A stretch of 50,355 nt of DNA, filler included, from Streblomastix strix (taxonomy: Eukaryota), in the NCBI GenBank assembly GCA_008636045.1. It is 2 parts of 2 records of this genome, joined end to end, with 100 filler letters (N's around TTAATTAATTAA, not from the genome) between each part and the next. Parts side by side here need not be neighbours in the genome. Positions count along the whole stretch, not along the records: positions 1 to 25,138 come from SNRW01000209.1; 1 more part is not named here. The stretch is one strand, 5' to 3'. The position numbers and the translations under genes were made by a program. This document shows, piece after piece, positions 1 to 12,585 of this stretch (the first letter of the stretch is position 1; each line of letters opens with the position of its first letter). The notes beneath the pieces are model-generated. The model saw only the letters and a program-made list of their open reading frames with translations, ran no database searches and had not been told where the DNA came from.

Positions 1-1700
1 CTATAGTACCTTTCGCATAGTTTCATTGTTCGTGATGCGAAGAGATCTATTGTTGGAACTAGATGCAGAAATGTTATTGCTTGATTGAGAATAAGAATGC
101 TAATTGAATAGTCACCATGGTGTGCCATTCTATTCAACGCATCCGCTTTACTATTATGAATACCCTTTATGTGCTCAGTCACTAAGGACACATTGAGATT
201 CTTCAACAATAGGAAGATTATTCTAGTAATGCGAATTAATGTTTTAGCTGATCTCCAATTTCTTGGGCAGAACTCTGTTGTGGGATTGTACGTTTGGAGG
301 GAAAGGCAATCTACATTCATTTATTATAGAATTGGTGAGAATGCTTTCAGAGACATTAATACCGCTACCATCTCGCGCTAGTTACTTGGTTTGAGGTGCC
401 AATTTCCATTCCATTCCTCTGCATCCATTAGCTCCCCATTATTAATCTGTAGTAAGCCTCCCCAACCAATCTCTGAAGCCTCTTTCGTATGTTTAAAGAA
501 TGGAGTCTTGACTGTCAATTCCTTTGGTTTATTATGTTTTATTAACTCGAAAAGTTTGTATAAATTAGGAAGGATTCTCTTGTTAAGCTATACTTGACAA
601 TTTCATGAACCATTTACTATAGCTTTTGATTTGAAAGTGTTTAGTGCGTTGATATAAAGAGAGATCTATTTGAATTGGAATCTTAGAAAATTCAGTACCA
701 CTATTAGGGACACTACTTGTTTCACTCCAACTATCTGTTATTATTTAGTTATTTCTATCCAATATCTTAATTTAGATTTCAACAATCTTCTTTGCTATTA
801 TGGAATTGTGACTTCCATAATGTTGGTGTTCCAATTCCAACCAGGATATTGAAACTTCTTGCTTGGAATCAGCCTACATTTAATGGTATAAATTAGCTAG
901 CTTAAATTCTTGAGAAATTGAACTATCTCGAGTGTTTTCTTAGTGAAAGATATCCTATTACTATCCAAAATAAATAAATCATAGATATATGCTTGAATCT
1001 TAACTGTCCACCATCTTCATATTTCTCTTATTGCTATTTAGAGGGTTTTTGTGAAGAAATACGGACTGTTATGCCATCCAAATGGGAGGCCTGTATAAGT
1101 ATATGTACGGCCTAGGAAGGAGAAGCCAAAGAAAGGATAGAGAGTCTGTGAAACTTTTATATGGTGAAAGGTGTCTTTCGGGTCTATGGTTATGGCGAAA
1201 TCCTTCTGCCTGATAAGATGTCTAAATTACTCCTAACCATCCATTTTGAAACGTTTCTATCAGGTAATAGCATTTATCATTCTGCACTCTAAAATTTTTC
1301 TAGGCCTGCCGTCTGTAAGTTTAATCAAGAAAGTTTGGTTGTAAAGTTTAACATCGTCCGTCCCGATAACAATCCCAGATCTTATTTCCTCTTGTAATTG
1401 TTTATTAAAAATCTACATAATACTTTGAGAACTTTAATATTCTCGATATTTAGAGGTGGAAGTTAGAAAACAAACGTCTTGAAGAGAAGTCCATGATTCT
1501 ATTGCTCCCTTCTGGATCATGTATTCGCCATAAATTTATTTCCAAAACTGATTTTTTGCTTATAATCTGTCGGGTACTGGAAGATTCTTCAGATATTCTT
1601 AATCTTCGAGAATATTACTCTCTTTAAGTTTCCTCTCTAATGAGGGCAGACGAAGGACCTCATTCAGACTAACTGTTTTTCTCATCATCAGTCTTCTCAC
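1..1700 (-). pseudogene. DIRS pol (reverse transcriptase, RNase H, MT-like), decayed; 5' boundary approximate
   Basis: RT motifs: 'RKILECRMIN', 'FKMDG', 'DFAITIDPKDTFHHIKV', 'YTYTGLPFGWHNSPYFF'. The YxDD motif reads YIYD (~980-991). RNase H: 'TKEASEIGWGG..SNQREMVAV'. In-frame TGA at 603-605, 1017-1019 and ~1260-1262. Confidence 0.85.
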
Positions 1701-2842
1701 TTGGCCGCTGCAGGGCCCCCTCCTGACTCAACTCGGTTCATTGAGTAGTTTGCTACTGCTATTGCTGTGTAGGCTGGGATTATACTTATGTATTCTATTT
1801 ACTGTTGAAATTTGGTTGAGGGAGAAGACCTAACTGATGCTTTTAATTCTATGGGAACAGTTATTAGTATTGATTGAATGCTATCGGTTGTTAGAGAAAG
1901 AGAGGCTGTTATTGTGAGAGCAGTGATTACGAAAAGAGGAAGGGGGCTTGTTGAATGAATCCCTGTTGAGGAAAGAAGTTTCCTGGATTATTAATACACT
2001 GCTTTCCCAAATTTGTTCTTTTTGATTGTAAAACCGAATTTAGGTAACTGCTTCAGTTAAACCTGAAACATAGATTACCCTCTTCCTGCTCAAAACTAGC
2101 TTCCAGATTATTATGTGTACATGATCAGATACATAGCCTGAATTGCTTATGGTTACTATTAAATGGGTAATTAATTTGAATCTATAGGTTTTTGTGATTC
2201 AGCTAAGATTTTGGCTGTTTTGGCTGATTCTCTTATGGCTTACTTTGACTATTCTCCTAAAACTTTATAAAGTGAAGTATTTTTTTCCAAAACATCTTTA
2301 AACTAGTCTGCAACTAAAACTACTTCGCTCCTCTGCTAATCATCTTCTGCAATAATTCAAATAACATTATGAGCAGTGAGGATCTAGCGTGTCGCTTCAC
2401 GTAGGTCACCGAAGATTAAAGCTGTTTCAGCTTCTACACATGTATGTTAAGCAAAAGCTGCAACCCGTTGAGTTTCTACGTCGACTTCTAGGTCATTCTC
2501 CCAATAACAGCCAATTACTTTTTTTTCATTTAATTCTAGACTCACAATGAATTCGTCATTTTCAGGGAGCCTGTCTCTTTCGAGCTTGTTTGCTCTTTCG
2601 CTCGTAGGATCAATAACTCTCTCTTTTTGCATAAAGAACTTTACAAAAACCTTCGTGGCAGCATCGAAGAGTAATGTTCTTTAGGTCTATTCCTATGAGT
2701 TAGGTGTATTGCTTATAAAATCATAAATCCAGGACTAAATTGTGAGATTTTATTATTTCACGTTTTCTTCATTGTCCTGATGCTGCTCTTACGAGTTTTA
2801 TATTTAGTTGATACGTTCCTTCTCTTTTGGGAGGTCGTCCAT
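1682..2842 (-). pseudogene. DIRS gag-like ORF1, decayed; 3' end approximate
   Basis: ATG at 2842 (MDDLPKEKERINQ...) runs through track ORF 2447..2632 when TAR=Gln. It has an in-frame TGA at 2357-2359, a Q/N/S-rich tail, and lies directly upstream of pol. Confidence 0.6.
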
Positions 2843-3238
2843 AAAGAAAACTAAATAGAATAACTATAATCTTCTTGTTTTGATCCGGCCCTTTTAAGTT
2901 GGCTTTGTATTCCAATAAATGGAGGTTGCAAGATGATGATTGGTTCAGGAAAACCTCACTCAATTGGGTTTTTTTTCTAAATACTATATTTTGAAATTGC
3001 CCAAAAGCTTCTTCAAATGAGATAATCAAAACCTTATTTTGAAGTTTTCATTTATTTTGTGAATTTATAATTTTAATTAAAAAATACAGAATATTTTTAT
3101 AATTCATTAAATAAATATTAGATTCTATTTTACTTTAATGCGAACTTTAGGCTTAATTTATTAATTCAAACAAATTTAATTACATTAATAAAAGAAAATC
3201 AATGAAATGAGTTAAATTAATAATATAAAATCAAGAGA

Positions 3239-4595
3239 TCACATATCAAACTCACCTCGCAACGGAATTTCCATTAATTCTTTAACTTCTCCAACATCAA
3301 AGTCACATGGACATCCGCTAAGTCTTCTATGTGTGCTAATGAGATAGATTAGCTTTGCATAAGCAGCAGCAGGAGTCATGTTAGCACTTCCAACACATCC
3401 CACCTCACGCATCACACCTCCAGTGTCATATGTTCCCATATCAACACGTCCCTGAATTGATGAAATGTTTAATATAATTTATAAGAAATAATGAAATATA
3501 CATTATAGCATTAACTGGCATCAACAAGAACTATTCCCAATTTATTGGCTTCGCTTAACACATTGATTATATCTTTAGCCGTACTAGGTCCATTTCCAAC
3601 TCCAAACGCTAGTAATATTGCTCCACAAACACTTCGATTACATTCTTCATTCAATTCAGTTTCTATCATAAGACTGCTTTTGAATAGATTTACCTACATC
3701 CCTGGATAGAATAAAATCTCTGTTACACAATCTGTTGCATTAGAATCATGTGGACTATAAACAAATTTATCTTTTTCTTCATCTGTTCCAAAGAGTGGCA
3801 ATATTAATCTGAGAAGAAGAAAAGAAGAAAAAAATGGAATTAATTGCATAGATCATTCATTTTTTCCATACCTATCAAAGTAAATGGTAACTTATGCATC
3901 CACTGTTCCAAGTATCTAAAAATTTGGTGAAAAAAAAGAAGATTCTAGAGACTCAGCATCCATGCTTACAATTCTGTTTCCACGATAGATTTTATTACCT
4001 ATACAAAATAAAACTTCTCTTACATTTGGCTATTAATTGACAAGGTCTATGGCCCCAAGCACATTCAAATCAAAGTCCATAAATAATGTTGTGGGATTTT
4101 TAATAAAAGTCGTTACAGCGATAGTTTTAGTGAGGTTTTCGAAGTGAAATGATAGGAAACTCGTAGAATATTCAATCATAGATGGACCTTAATGGTAAAA
4201 ATATAAAGAATGCAATAATAAATAAATATAAAATATAAATATAAAAATAAATAATTTTTATTTAACAAAAAACACACCATGAATGATAACAAACGCGCGA
4301 GCAGAAGTATATATTTTGTTGATTGCAGTCACGAGCTTATTCCAGTTTTCTGCCGTGAATGACGAACTGGAATCGCTATCAACAACTTCAATATCGAATA
4401 ATATTTTTTCCTACTTAAGAAACTAGCTATTGGCAAGTAGATCTTGGGCAATTTATGTATTTTTGCTCCCACTGTACAAATAGTAAATATATTAACATAA
4501 AAAAGCGCATACAGGCCTGTTAGCAATATTTTAATATTATTAGTATCAGTTCCTTTCGTAGCACAAGCAAACAGCAACAGAATAGCCAACAACAT
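3239..4595 (-). CDS. L-asparaginase-family protein with N-terminal signal peptide; catalytic motifs degenerate; multi-exon
   Basis: Spliced reading (first intron 4472-4512): MLLAILLLFACATK..KILLTGLGSK..DSSSSFTAENWNKL..FVIIHG/PSMIEYSTSFLSFHFENLTK..GNKIYRGNR..LFYPGM..LAFGVGNGP..YDTGGVMREVGCVGSANMTPAAAYAKLIYL. This is collinear with type I asparaginases. TGA at 3239-3241. Confidence 0.8.
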
Positions 4596-4719
4596 TCAAA
4601 TCATCAAACCACACTTCAAGACATATTGAATATGCTTTATCTTCAATATTAACATTTAGATCGTTAGATATTATAAGATGATAATATATATTGAAATTTA
4701 ATGTTATTTTTATCTAGAC
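4596..4719. promoter_or_regulatory. Probable compact bidirectional promoter
   Basis: Only 124 bp separate the divergent ATGs at 4595 (-) and 4720 (+). Inferred from geometry alone. Confidence 0.4.
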
Positions 4720-7554
4720 ATGTCCTCTTTACAGTCTTGGCGTGATCTTAACATCGATGAAGTGAATGAGAAAGTTAATTAGATTTGCCCTTTATAATCC
4801 GATCTTACAGATAGTGAAAAAATAATATTTTCTGTGTTGCGAGATGCAATCAAAGAGAAAGGGCTTCCAATTTAACTTAGAATAGCTGGAGGTTAGAATT
4901 GATATTATATTAATTGTGTTTTGATTTGCTTGTTTAATAAGGTTGGGTAAGGGATAAATTATTGAATATATAGAGCAAAGATCTTGATTTTACAACGGAC
5001 AAACTTACAGGGGTAGAATTTGCCAATATAATTCTAGATTTTTTGAAACGGAACAATAGATTGGATCTTGCAGGGCGAATATCTGTAATCAAAGCTAATC
5101 CCGAAAAATCAAAAGTTTTCATACTTCTATTATACAATATTACCTATACTTATATATAATACATTTAATAAGCACTTGGAGACTGCACATATGCGTTTAT
5201 GTGGAATTGATGTTGATTTTGTTGGATTGAGGAAAGAAACATACAAACAAGACAGTCGATGTCCAATAATTGTATACAAATTTTATTAATAATATTTTTT
5301 TTTAATTTTTTACTTATTAGGAAGTTGGTGAAGCAGCTGAAGATGCATTAAGAAGAGATTTGACAATAAATGCACTTTTTTATAATGTAACATAGAAGAT
5401 AGTTGAAGATTTGACAGGGAAGGTTTTTTAATTTGAAAATAATTTCATTTAATAATTTGTTATTTAATTTAATAAGGGATTGATTGATTTGAAAAATAGA
5501 GTAGCTCGAACTCCAATTGATCCTATTTAAACACTTACTGATGATCCTCTTCGAGCATTAAGGTTTTATTAATCATTCAAATATATTCTTTTATTTTATT
5601 TTATTTTAATTTGATATTATTTTTAGAGTTATTCGTTTTTCTTGCCGATTATCTTTAGCTATTGATCCATAACTTTCTGAAGGATTAAAAATAGATGAAA
5701 TACATGTATATTTATTTTTATTTTCAAATAATCTATTTTTATCTTAATTATTATCCTAATTATTATTAGAAACGAATTCTCACACTTATTTCAAGAGAAC
5801 GTATTGGTGAAGAAATGATAGGCATATTTCTCCGTAGTGGTGATGATATGCACAGAATGCATGCTGTTGACGGGCTCCGATTAATTGCAGCTCATAAACT
5901 AAATGATGTTATCTTTCCTCTTGGTTGTATGATTGAAATCACAATTAATGATTTTTAAACAACAATAAAATATTTTTTATTTATCTAATTTATAGAAGAA
6001 AAATGGAATGAATAAGAAATTTCTATTGGAATTTGCATTGCTGATGCAGTAATTAATATTCTTTATCCTTAAACAGCTTATATTAATAACGAATAAGTGA
6101 AAGAATAAGAGAAACATATGGATGATATAATAATCCACAAATCATCATAATTAGATTAATCTAATTCTCTCTTAAATTCATCACTTATTGAATTATTCAC
6201 TCCTGAGGCTAGCGAAGATTCTAAACCATCTCATTCTACATAGAAATCTTAATCTTAATCCTCTTCTTAACTACCTAACTCATCAGACAATGTTGAATGT
6301 TTTACTGGAACTATATATAACAGAAACAAATAGTTTCTTCTATGTTACTTACTCGCATCTGTTTTCTATCCCATAAGAAACCAGCAGATTGAAACAATAG
6401 TCAGCAAAAAAATAAAGACAATCCCCACATTTCATTTAATTCTTAAAGGATTTGCGGTTTGAATTTATAATATTATAAACAAAGATCCTTTATTTTATAT
6501 TTCAATTTTCAGTATAGCACGAATATTATTGAAAAAATAAGCCGAATTTTGGATAATTTTGAAGTGCTGAACAATCTATTTGGGCATGATATTGAAATAA
6601 TTTATAATAACTAGTAATATAGTGGAAATAGCAAAGAATTTAATAAAGAACCAGAGAAATATGAAGAAAAACAAAATTCCAACATATAAATAATTGACAA
6701 TTAAACAGATATTGATGAATTTAAGACAAATAAATTAGAATTAGGTTTTTTCATTATTATTATTTACAATATACTATATATCATTCATATTACAGCCAGA
6801 ATGATTGGATCATATGGAAAAGATTGGAAAGAAGCTGCTCTATTTTATGCGATTGTAATTAATGCTTAATATTAGCAAATGCATTAGACATCAATTTTTC
6901 ATCAATCTTCTTCTCGAAGCGTAACATAGACATCCTTTAATAAAACAGCTTTACTTATTTTTAATCATATACTATCCTTCGCAGAAAATGCTTAGATTTC
7001 AACATGCTATTCAATCAGTGCATTATTAAGCGTCTGTTTCAACTTTTTAATTATAATTGTTCTTTATACATTAATATTTTTTTAACAGGCTGATATAATC
7101 TAGAGGAAATTTTTAAATCCTGATTAAAAGCGATTTACAGGAGCTTTTTTACATGAATAATGGGAATATCTTGTTTTAAACAGAGAAGCTAAGGAAGAAG
7201 AAGTTGAAGTTTGTTTATTTTTAGTCTAATAATTTTAATATCTTATTATTTTCTTTAATATAAAATATATATTTGAAATTGTAGCAATTTTTAGCTAAGT
7301 CAACATAGGATATTATTGGAAAATATTTATTGGCGGAAGATAAAAAGAAGAATAAATGAGAAACAATAAATCCAATGGATGAAGAGAAATAATAATAATA
7401 AGATGATTCATAAGAAATATCAATTAAAAACAAGCGAAGGAGGGAATCAGAAGAGAATAATGATGAAAATGAAGATAGAAAATAAAGAAAGAGACGGAGA
7501 ATAGAAGACGATGATGAATAATAAAATATAAATCATCCATTTAACACCCAGTGA
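4720..7554 (+). CDS. CCA1: CCA tRNA nucleotidyltransferase (class II), multi-exon; ends at 7359 if the internal TGA is a true stop
   Basis: Motifs across GT-AG introns: LRIAGG/WVRDKLL..DLDF, KANPEKSK/HLETA, DVDFVGLRKETY..SRCP, EDALRRDLTINALFYN, EDLTGK/GLIDL..RTP, DDPLRALR/VIRF, SRERIGEEM. Confidence 0.92.
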
Positions 7555-7836
7555 AAAACATATAATCAATTAGTTGTCTTTTCTCAAATATTGATAATTA
7601 AACATCAAAATTTTGCATGAGCAGAAATTATAAAAAGACAAGATTCATGTGATAAAAATCCCTCCCAAAATATGAAAAATATATATAAATTTATTCGCTG
7701 CTTATCTATAGTGGATTAAATAATAAATTTATGTTCAATTTATCATATTAAAGCAAATAAAATTCAGTAATATGTTTAATGAATGATTAGATTTTTATTG
7801 TTTCATTAAGAAATGACTTTATAAGGATAAGCAGTC

Positions 7837-9704
7837 TCACTACTCACCACCTTCCTTGATAAGGTCATCTATTTTTAAAACCATTCGGACTACTTGAGTT
7901 GCAAGTTGAATCTATTACTTCTTTCCCAGAAGTGTTTCAAATACGCCAAGATCTTTCATATCGTTCTTACCTGTCTCAAGACAATCTATTCCAAGACGTG
8001 GATTCTTCTTCTTGCCTTGTTCTGCTTTAATACGGCCTACTTCGGCCATAGCATCAATTCCACTATTCTCTGCAAGTGCTATTGGAATAGCTTCAAGTGC
8101 ATCTGCAAATGCACGCATTGCATATTATTCACTACTACTAACAGTGTCAGCAACAGCTGCAATGTGTAATGAACAAGCTATTTCTGATGCACCTCCTCCA
8201 TAAACAATTCTATTATCTCTTATTAAGTTGCGCACAACACAAACAGCATCATGAATAGAACGTTTTGTTTCTTCAATAATCATCTTATTACCTCCTCTGA
8301 TGAATATAGTAACTGCTCTAGTCTATGGGCATCCTTCTATGCAGGTCATTTCTCCTTCACCACTTCCTCCACTTCCCAATCTCAATTCACGGACTATTCC
8401 TGCTGATCCCAATTTCTCTGGTGAAAGATCTTCAAATCTTGGGACAATCTTTGCTCCTGTGGCCATCGCTATTAATTCAATGTCTGGTCCACCAACCCAT
8501 CGAATCGCAGGAAGATCATTCTTCATTAGAAGATAATTGGCTTCATCATCAAATCCCCACTTCATTATATATATTATATTCATTGATAATAAATTAGTTT
8601 AATATAAATAAAATTACAATACCTGGCAGATGATGAGATTTGCACCACTCTTCTTACAGAGTCCAACCATATTTCTGTAATAAGCTTTTTCTTCCTCTTC
8701 TAATCGTTCAAATTTCTCTTTAGTATCAATTTATAACTGAAATTATTAAAATAGATTAATAATAATTAGTAACATAGTAAAATAAGAAGGTGGAAATAAA
8801 AAAATAATTATTTACCTCATATTTAGTCTTTGGTTTTGGACATTCAAAAGGGCAAGTAAGAATGGCTATCTTTGCATTCTCAATCTTCTTCTTCATTTAC
8901 ATGTGCGAGATTCCTTTGTCGATAATTAGACCGTGTACAAGTTCAGTATCTTCCAAACGACCTCCAGGCTGTATGATGTTAAAAAAAATTATTATAATAA
9001 AGCTTTCTGGTTTAAAATTGTATATTCTTATATATATATTTCTGTATTATAAAATTGAGGTATACCCTACTCTCTATTTTAATGTGATCAAAATGAACGT
9101 CTCTCCTTTCCCACTCACAGACAGAACACACAGCGTCAACTGCAATCTTCGCCATCTATTCACTCTAACGATTTATAATTTTAGAGCTTATGCATGATTT
9201 TGCAGGAATAAGAAGAGGTGCTGTGTTGTCCTTTGAGAAGTCAATAACTTCAGCAATATCATCAAGGCATTTGCAACATTCCTATGCACTGAGCTCGTAT
9301 CCCTCAGCAATACGAATTGGATGCACACCTTTATCGAGTAAGTGAAGTGCTTATTCTAAAAGAGCACATGCAAAAATTGCAACTCCAGTCGTACCGTCTC
9401 CTACCTCATCATCGTGCGCAATAGAAAGCTCAACAATTAATCGAGCAACTTCATTGCTAACATCAATTTGTTCGAGGATGGTGCGTCCGTCATTCGACAC
9501 TGTGACATCACCATCTTGCGAAACCAGCGCTTTATCCATGCCCCTAGGTCCATATGATGTACGTACAGAGCTTCCAAGCGCCATGGCAGCATAAATGTTA
9601 TTTTTCAGTGCCTCAATACCAGTTACACGCTAGCTGCTTTGTTCACGTAAAATTATGATTGGTTAGCCCATCTCATCTGTCGCGACTCCCACAGCTTGCA
9701 TCAT
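7837..9704 (-). CDS. CCT5: T-complex protein 1 subunit epsilon (chaperonin CCT), 3 introns
   Basis: Motifs: [125 protein letters not shown] at 7837-7839. Confidence 0.97.
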
Positions 9705-10275
9705 CTGTATTTTTTTGAATATATAATATCATATTTTACTAAAGATCCCAATAAACTTATTTCGTGGTATAAAAAATAATTACTAGCAGCAAAAAAATGT
9801 ATTTTAATGGAAATAAATTGTTCTGCTATTTTCTTGCCAGAAAATAAATTATATTTGCTAGCGTTAAGATAATTTGTAAAAAGGATATATGATTTAGATG
9901 AATCATTCAAATTATAACCTTATTGTTCCTTTAAGTTTGATAATTTTTAGAGCCTCTTTATTCAAATAATAAATGAATTTAAAAAACTCTAAGATTTAAT
10001 AATTAAATAAATAAAATTCAAAATAAAAATTTTGAAAGAAGAAATATAGGAATGCAAGTTAATAACATTCAAGGGGGGGGAATATTACGTTGCACTTAGG
10101 TTTTCTAGACACAGGATAGGAATTGTATATTATATTATATTTAAATATTATACATTTAATATAATGCCTAATGGTGTATTTTTATAATTAAATTTAATAA
10201 TCAAACGAAAAAATATTAAATATGTTGTTGATAATATTTATTAAATAACAGTTAGAAGCGAAGTTGCGAATTAAT

Positions 10276-12041
10276 TCACAAAAGTTATAATTTCTTTATC
10301 AACTTAAATTGATCAGGTACTTCCATTAATGCGTGTAAGGCAAAGTTTGGTGCAAAATTCTCTGAATATCTTTTGCGAATTGCAAAAAATTCTAGGAACT
10401 AGAACTGCAGGAGGAAATATATTTGAAATATTATTCGAAAAATTAGAATATTATTAATATTATTTTAATAAAAAAGTTTTTAACATACATTATCAAACAA
10501 TCTATTTTTGATCTTATCATCAAATTTCTTCATTTCATCCCAAGGTCCATCTCTTCAATAAAACAATCATAAAATTATGAATAGAATAAGATCAAATTGT
10601 CATACCCAACTCCAATACACACTATGCTAATAGGATAATGGGATGCCTCCTAAATCGCTTAAATTGTCGCTAATTCGCTCGTAACTTGCCCGTCTGTGAT
10701 TATGATCAGAATATGGTACTTTAAAAAATAATATATAAATATTTAAATTTATCAAAGTTTATAAAGCATCAGAAAGAAATATGCCCTTATTCTCTCTAGT
10801 CAGGTGTGAATTAAGTAATTTTATAATTGTATATATTACATAGTATGAAATTGAAATCAATTATTAAATGGTTATAATTGAATAATTATAAAATTATCAA
10901 AATTATTATAATATATTTTGAGTCTAAAATATGATAAATTAATTTTAATTTCTTAAATATCATTCAATTATATCCATTATATTATTGGTTTCAATTTCAT
11001 ATTATATAATATATATATTTATAAAATGAATCAAATCACATTTGACTAGAGAAGATAAGGACACATTTCTTCCAGAAGATAATATTATATATTGGTAAAT
11101 ATTTACATACTGAACGCTCTTTCTTAACAATCTCAATAGCTTGTTTTATAATTGGCTATGAATTAGGTAGTTCAATAGATGAAAATATAAATAAATATGA
11201 CAGATAGTAAATTGATTAAAACTAATATAAATTGACAAACAGCGAAGTTTGTAGGACCTGATAACTTAATGTCTGGTGTGATTTGCTTATATCTTTGAAG
11301 AACCTCCTAGAAATATATAAATAAATGAAAAAGTAATAATGCCCGTTAATATTGAATTTAAATAAATTTTGTTTTATCGTACCTGAAAACCAACTTTCAT
11401 TATTGTTTATTTATAAATAAAAATAGATAAATAAGTTATAGAAGAATAATAATAGAAAATAATTATATACCTGGATTTCGGTCTGGAAAGAAAGGGAACA
11501 CAGATTTATCACTGAAAATTAATATTTTATTAAATAATTAAGAATTTTTTGATATAATAAATTCATACGTTGTATAGCAGTCACCAAATCCGAAAGTTGG
11601 GATCTAATAGGATGATTATTTAAAATTAATTTGAATATATAAATAAATTTAACTAAATATAATAAAGAAGACAAACAATATTATCATCATCAAAAGGCTC
11701 AAGAGTCTCTCCAATAATTTAAATCACTTCCATATAAGGATTGGATAAACTACAATCGTGAAGAGATCTATTGCTGAAAGTTCTTTCACCCTGGATTTAT
11801 AATTATCAAATAATTGAAGAAATAGATATGTTTTGATTCTCATGAGGTATAAAGATTGCTCATTATTATTAATATTATTATTATATATTAATTTACATAC
11901 AGTATAAAGATTGCTCTTTGTATAATCTATAGCAAGTATTAAATTGGAGCTTTCTAACCCGTTTTGTCGAAGAGCAATTTGCACCTCTTCTAATGTCCTG
12001 AACCTGTCGGGAATATTGCTAGTAGGTAAGCAGTTTCCCAT
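10276..12041 (-). CDS. Copine/RGLG-type vWA domain protein with N-terminal acylation motif; many short exons
   Basis: Motifs: GLESSNLILAIDYTKSN, SLH..NPYMEVI..IGETLEPFDDDN, IPTFGFGD, LSGPTNFA/PIIKQAIEIV, YHILIIITDGQVT, EASHYPISIVCIGVG/DGPWDEMKKFDD, FALHALMEVPDQFK. Begins MGNC. TGA at 10276-10278. Confidence 0.9.
10775..11070 (-). repeat. Imperfect 27-bp inverted repeat inside the 392-nt copine intron (10719-11110)
   Basis: Arms are 10775-10801 (agaaatatgcccttattctctctagtc) and 11044-11070 (gactagagaagataaggacacatttct). Confidence 0.85.
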
Positions 12042-12585
12042 GTTTCTTTGTTAATTTCAGTAAGAAAATCAAAAACATAGATAGAGCAATGAATTACATC
12101 AAATTCATATGTAAATAAAGTTTTCTAAATATTTCATAATATTTTATAGGATTTAATGATTTGGAGTAACATAAAATATAAATTTTGTGGTATTATATGC
12201 CAAATTATTTTTATAAAATTTAAAATTATATATATATCAAAAATTGATAAAGTGGGTGTTGAAATAATCGAGAAAAATTATTTTATTTTGAAATTTAATA
12301 TTTGATTGATTATAATGAAATTTTGATTAAAAGCATATATATAACGATCAAATTCATAATTAATATAGAATTTTAATTCAAAGAACGGATTAAACAAAAA
12401 TTTGAAAAACAAACTCAACAAATAATTCAACAAACTAATATATAATTGATATTTTATTTCATTTGAAAAAAATTTAATGTTATTAAATTAAAATTTAAAT
12501 TATTTATACACTGAAGTAATACTATTCAACATTACTATAATTTACAATATAAAATAAAATAATATGTAATGTAAAAAAATGAATA

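Larger units (their letters stand above)
1..2842 (-). mobile_element. Degenerate DIRS1-like (tyrosine-recombinase class) retrotransposon, truncated by the window start
   Basis: With TAR=Gln the minus strand gives a gag-like ORF followed by RT, RNase H and a methyltransferase-like 'PTIDLFASRTMKLCERYY' domain, the order typical of DIRS1 pol. The recombinase gene and terminal repeats are not visible in the window. Confidence 0.85.

Noticed and set aside
4542..4553. GTDT near the asparaginase N-terminus as the catalytic motif
   Set aside because: It directly follows the signal peptide rather than the IIHG position, so it is probably coincidental.
10073..10080. G8 run in an AT-rich spacer
   Set aside because: Isolated homopolymer with no partner repeat or other G-tracts.
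10719..11110. Intronic C/D snoRNA in the long copine intron
   Set aside because: A CUGA lies near the 3' arm but outside the stem, and no C box (RUGAUGA) is suitably placed.
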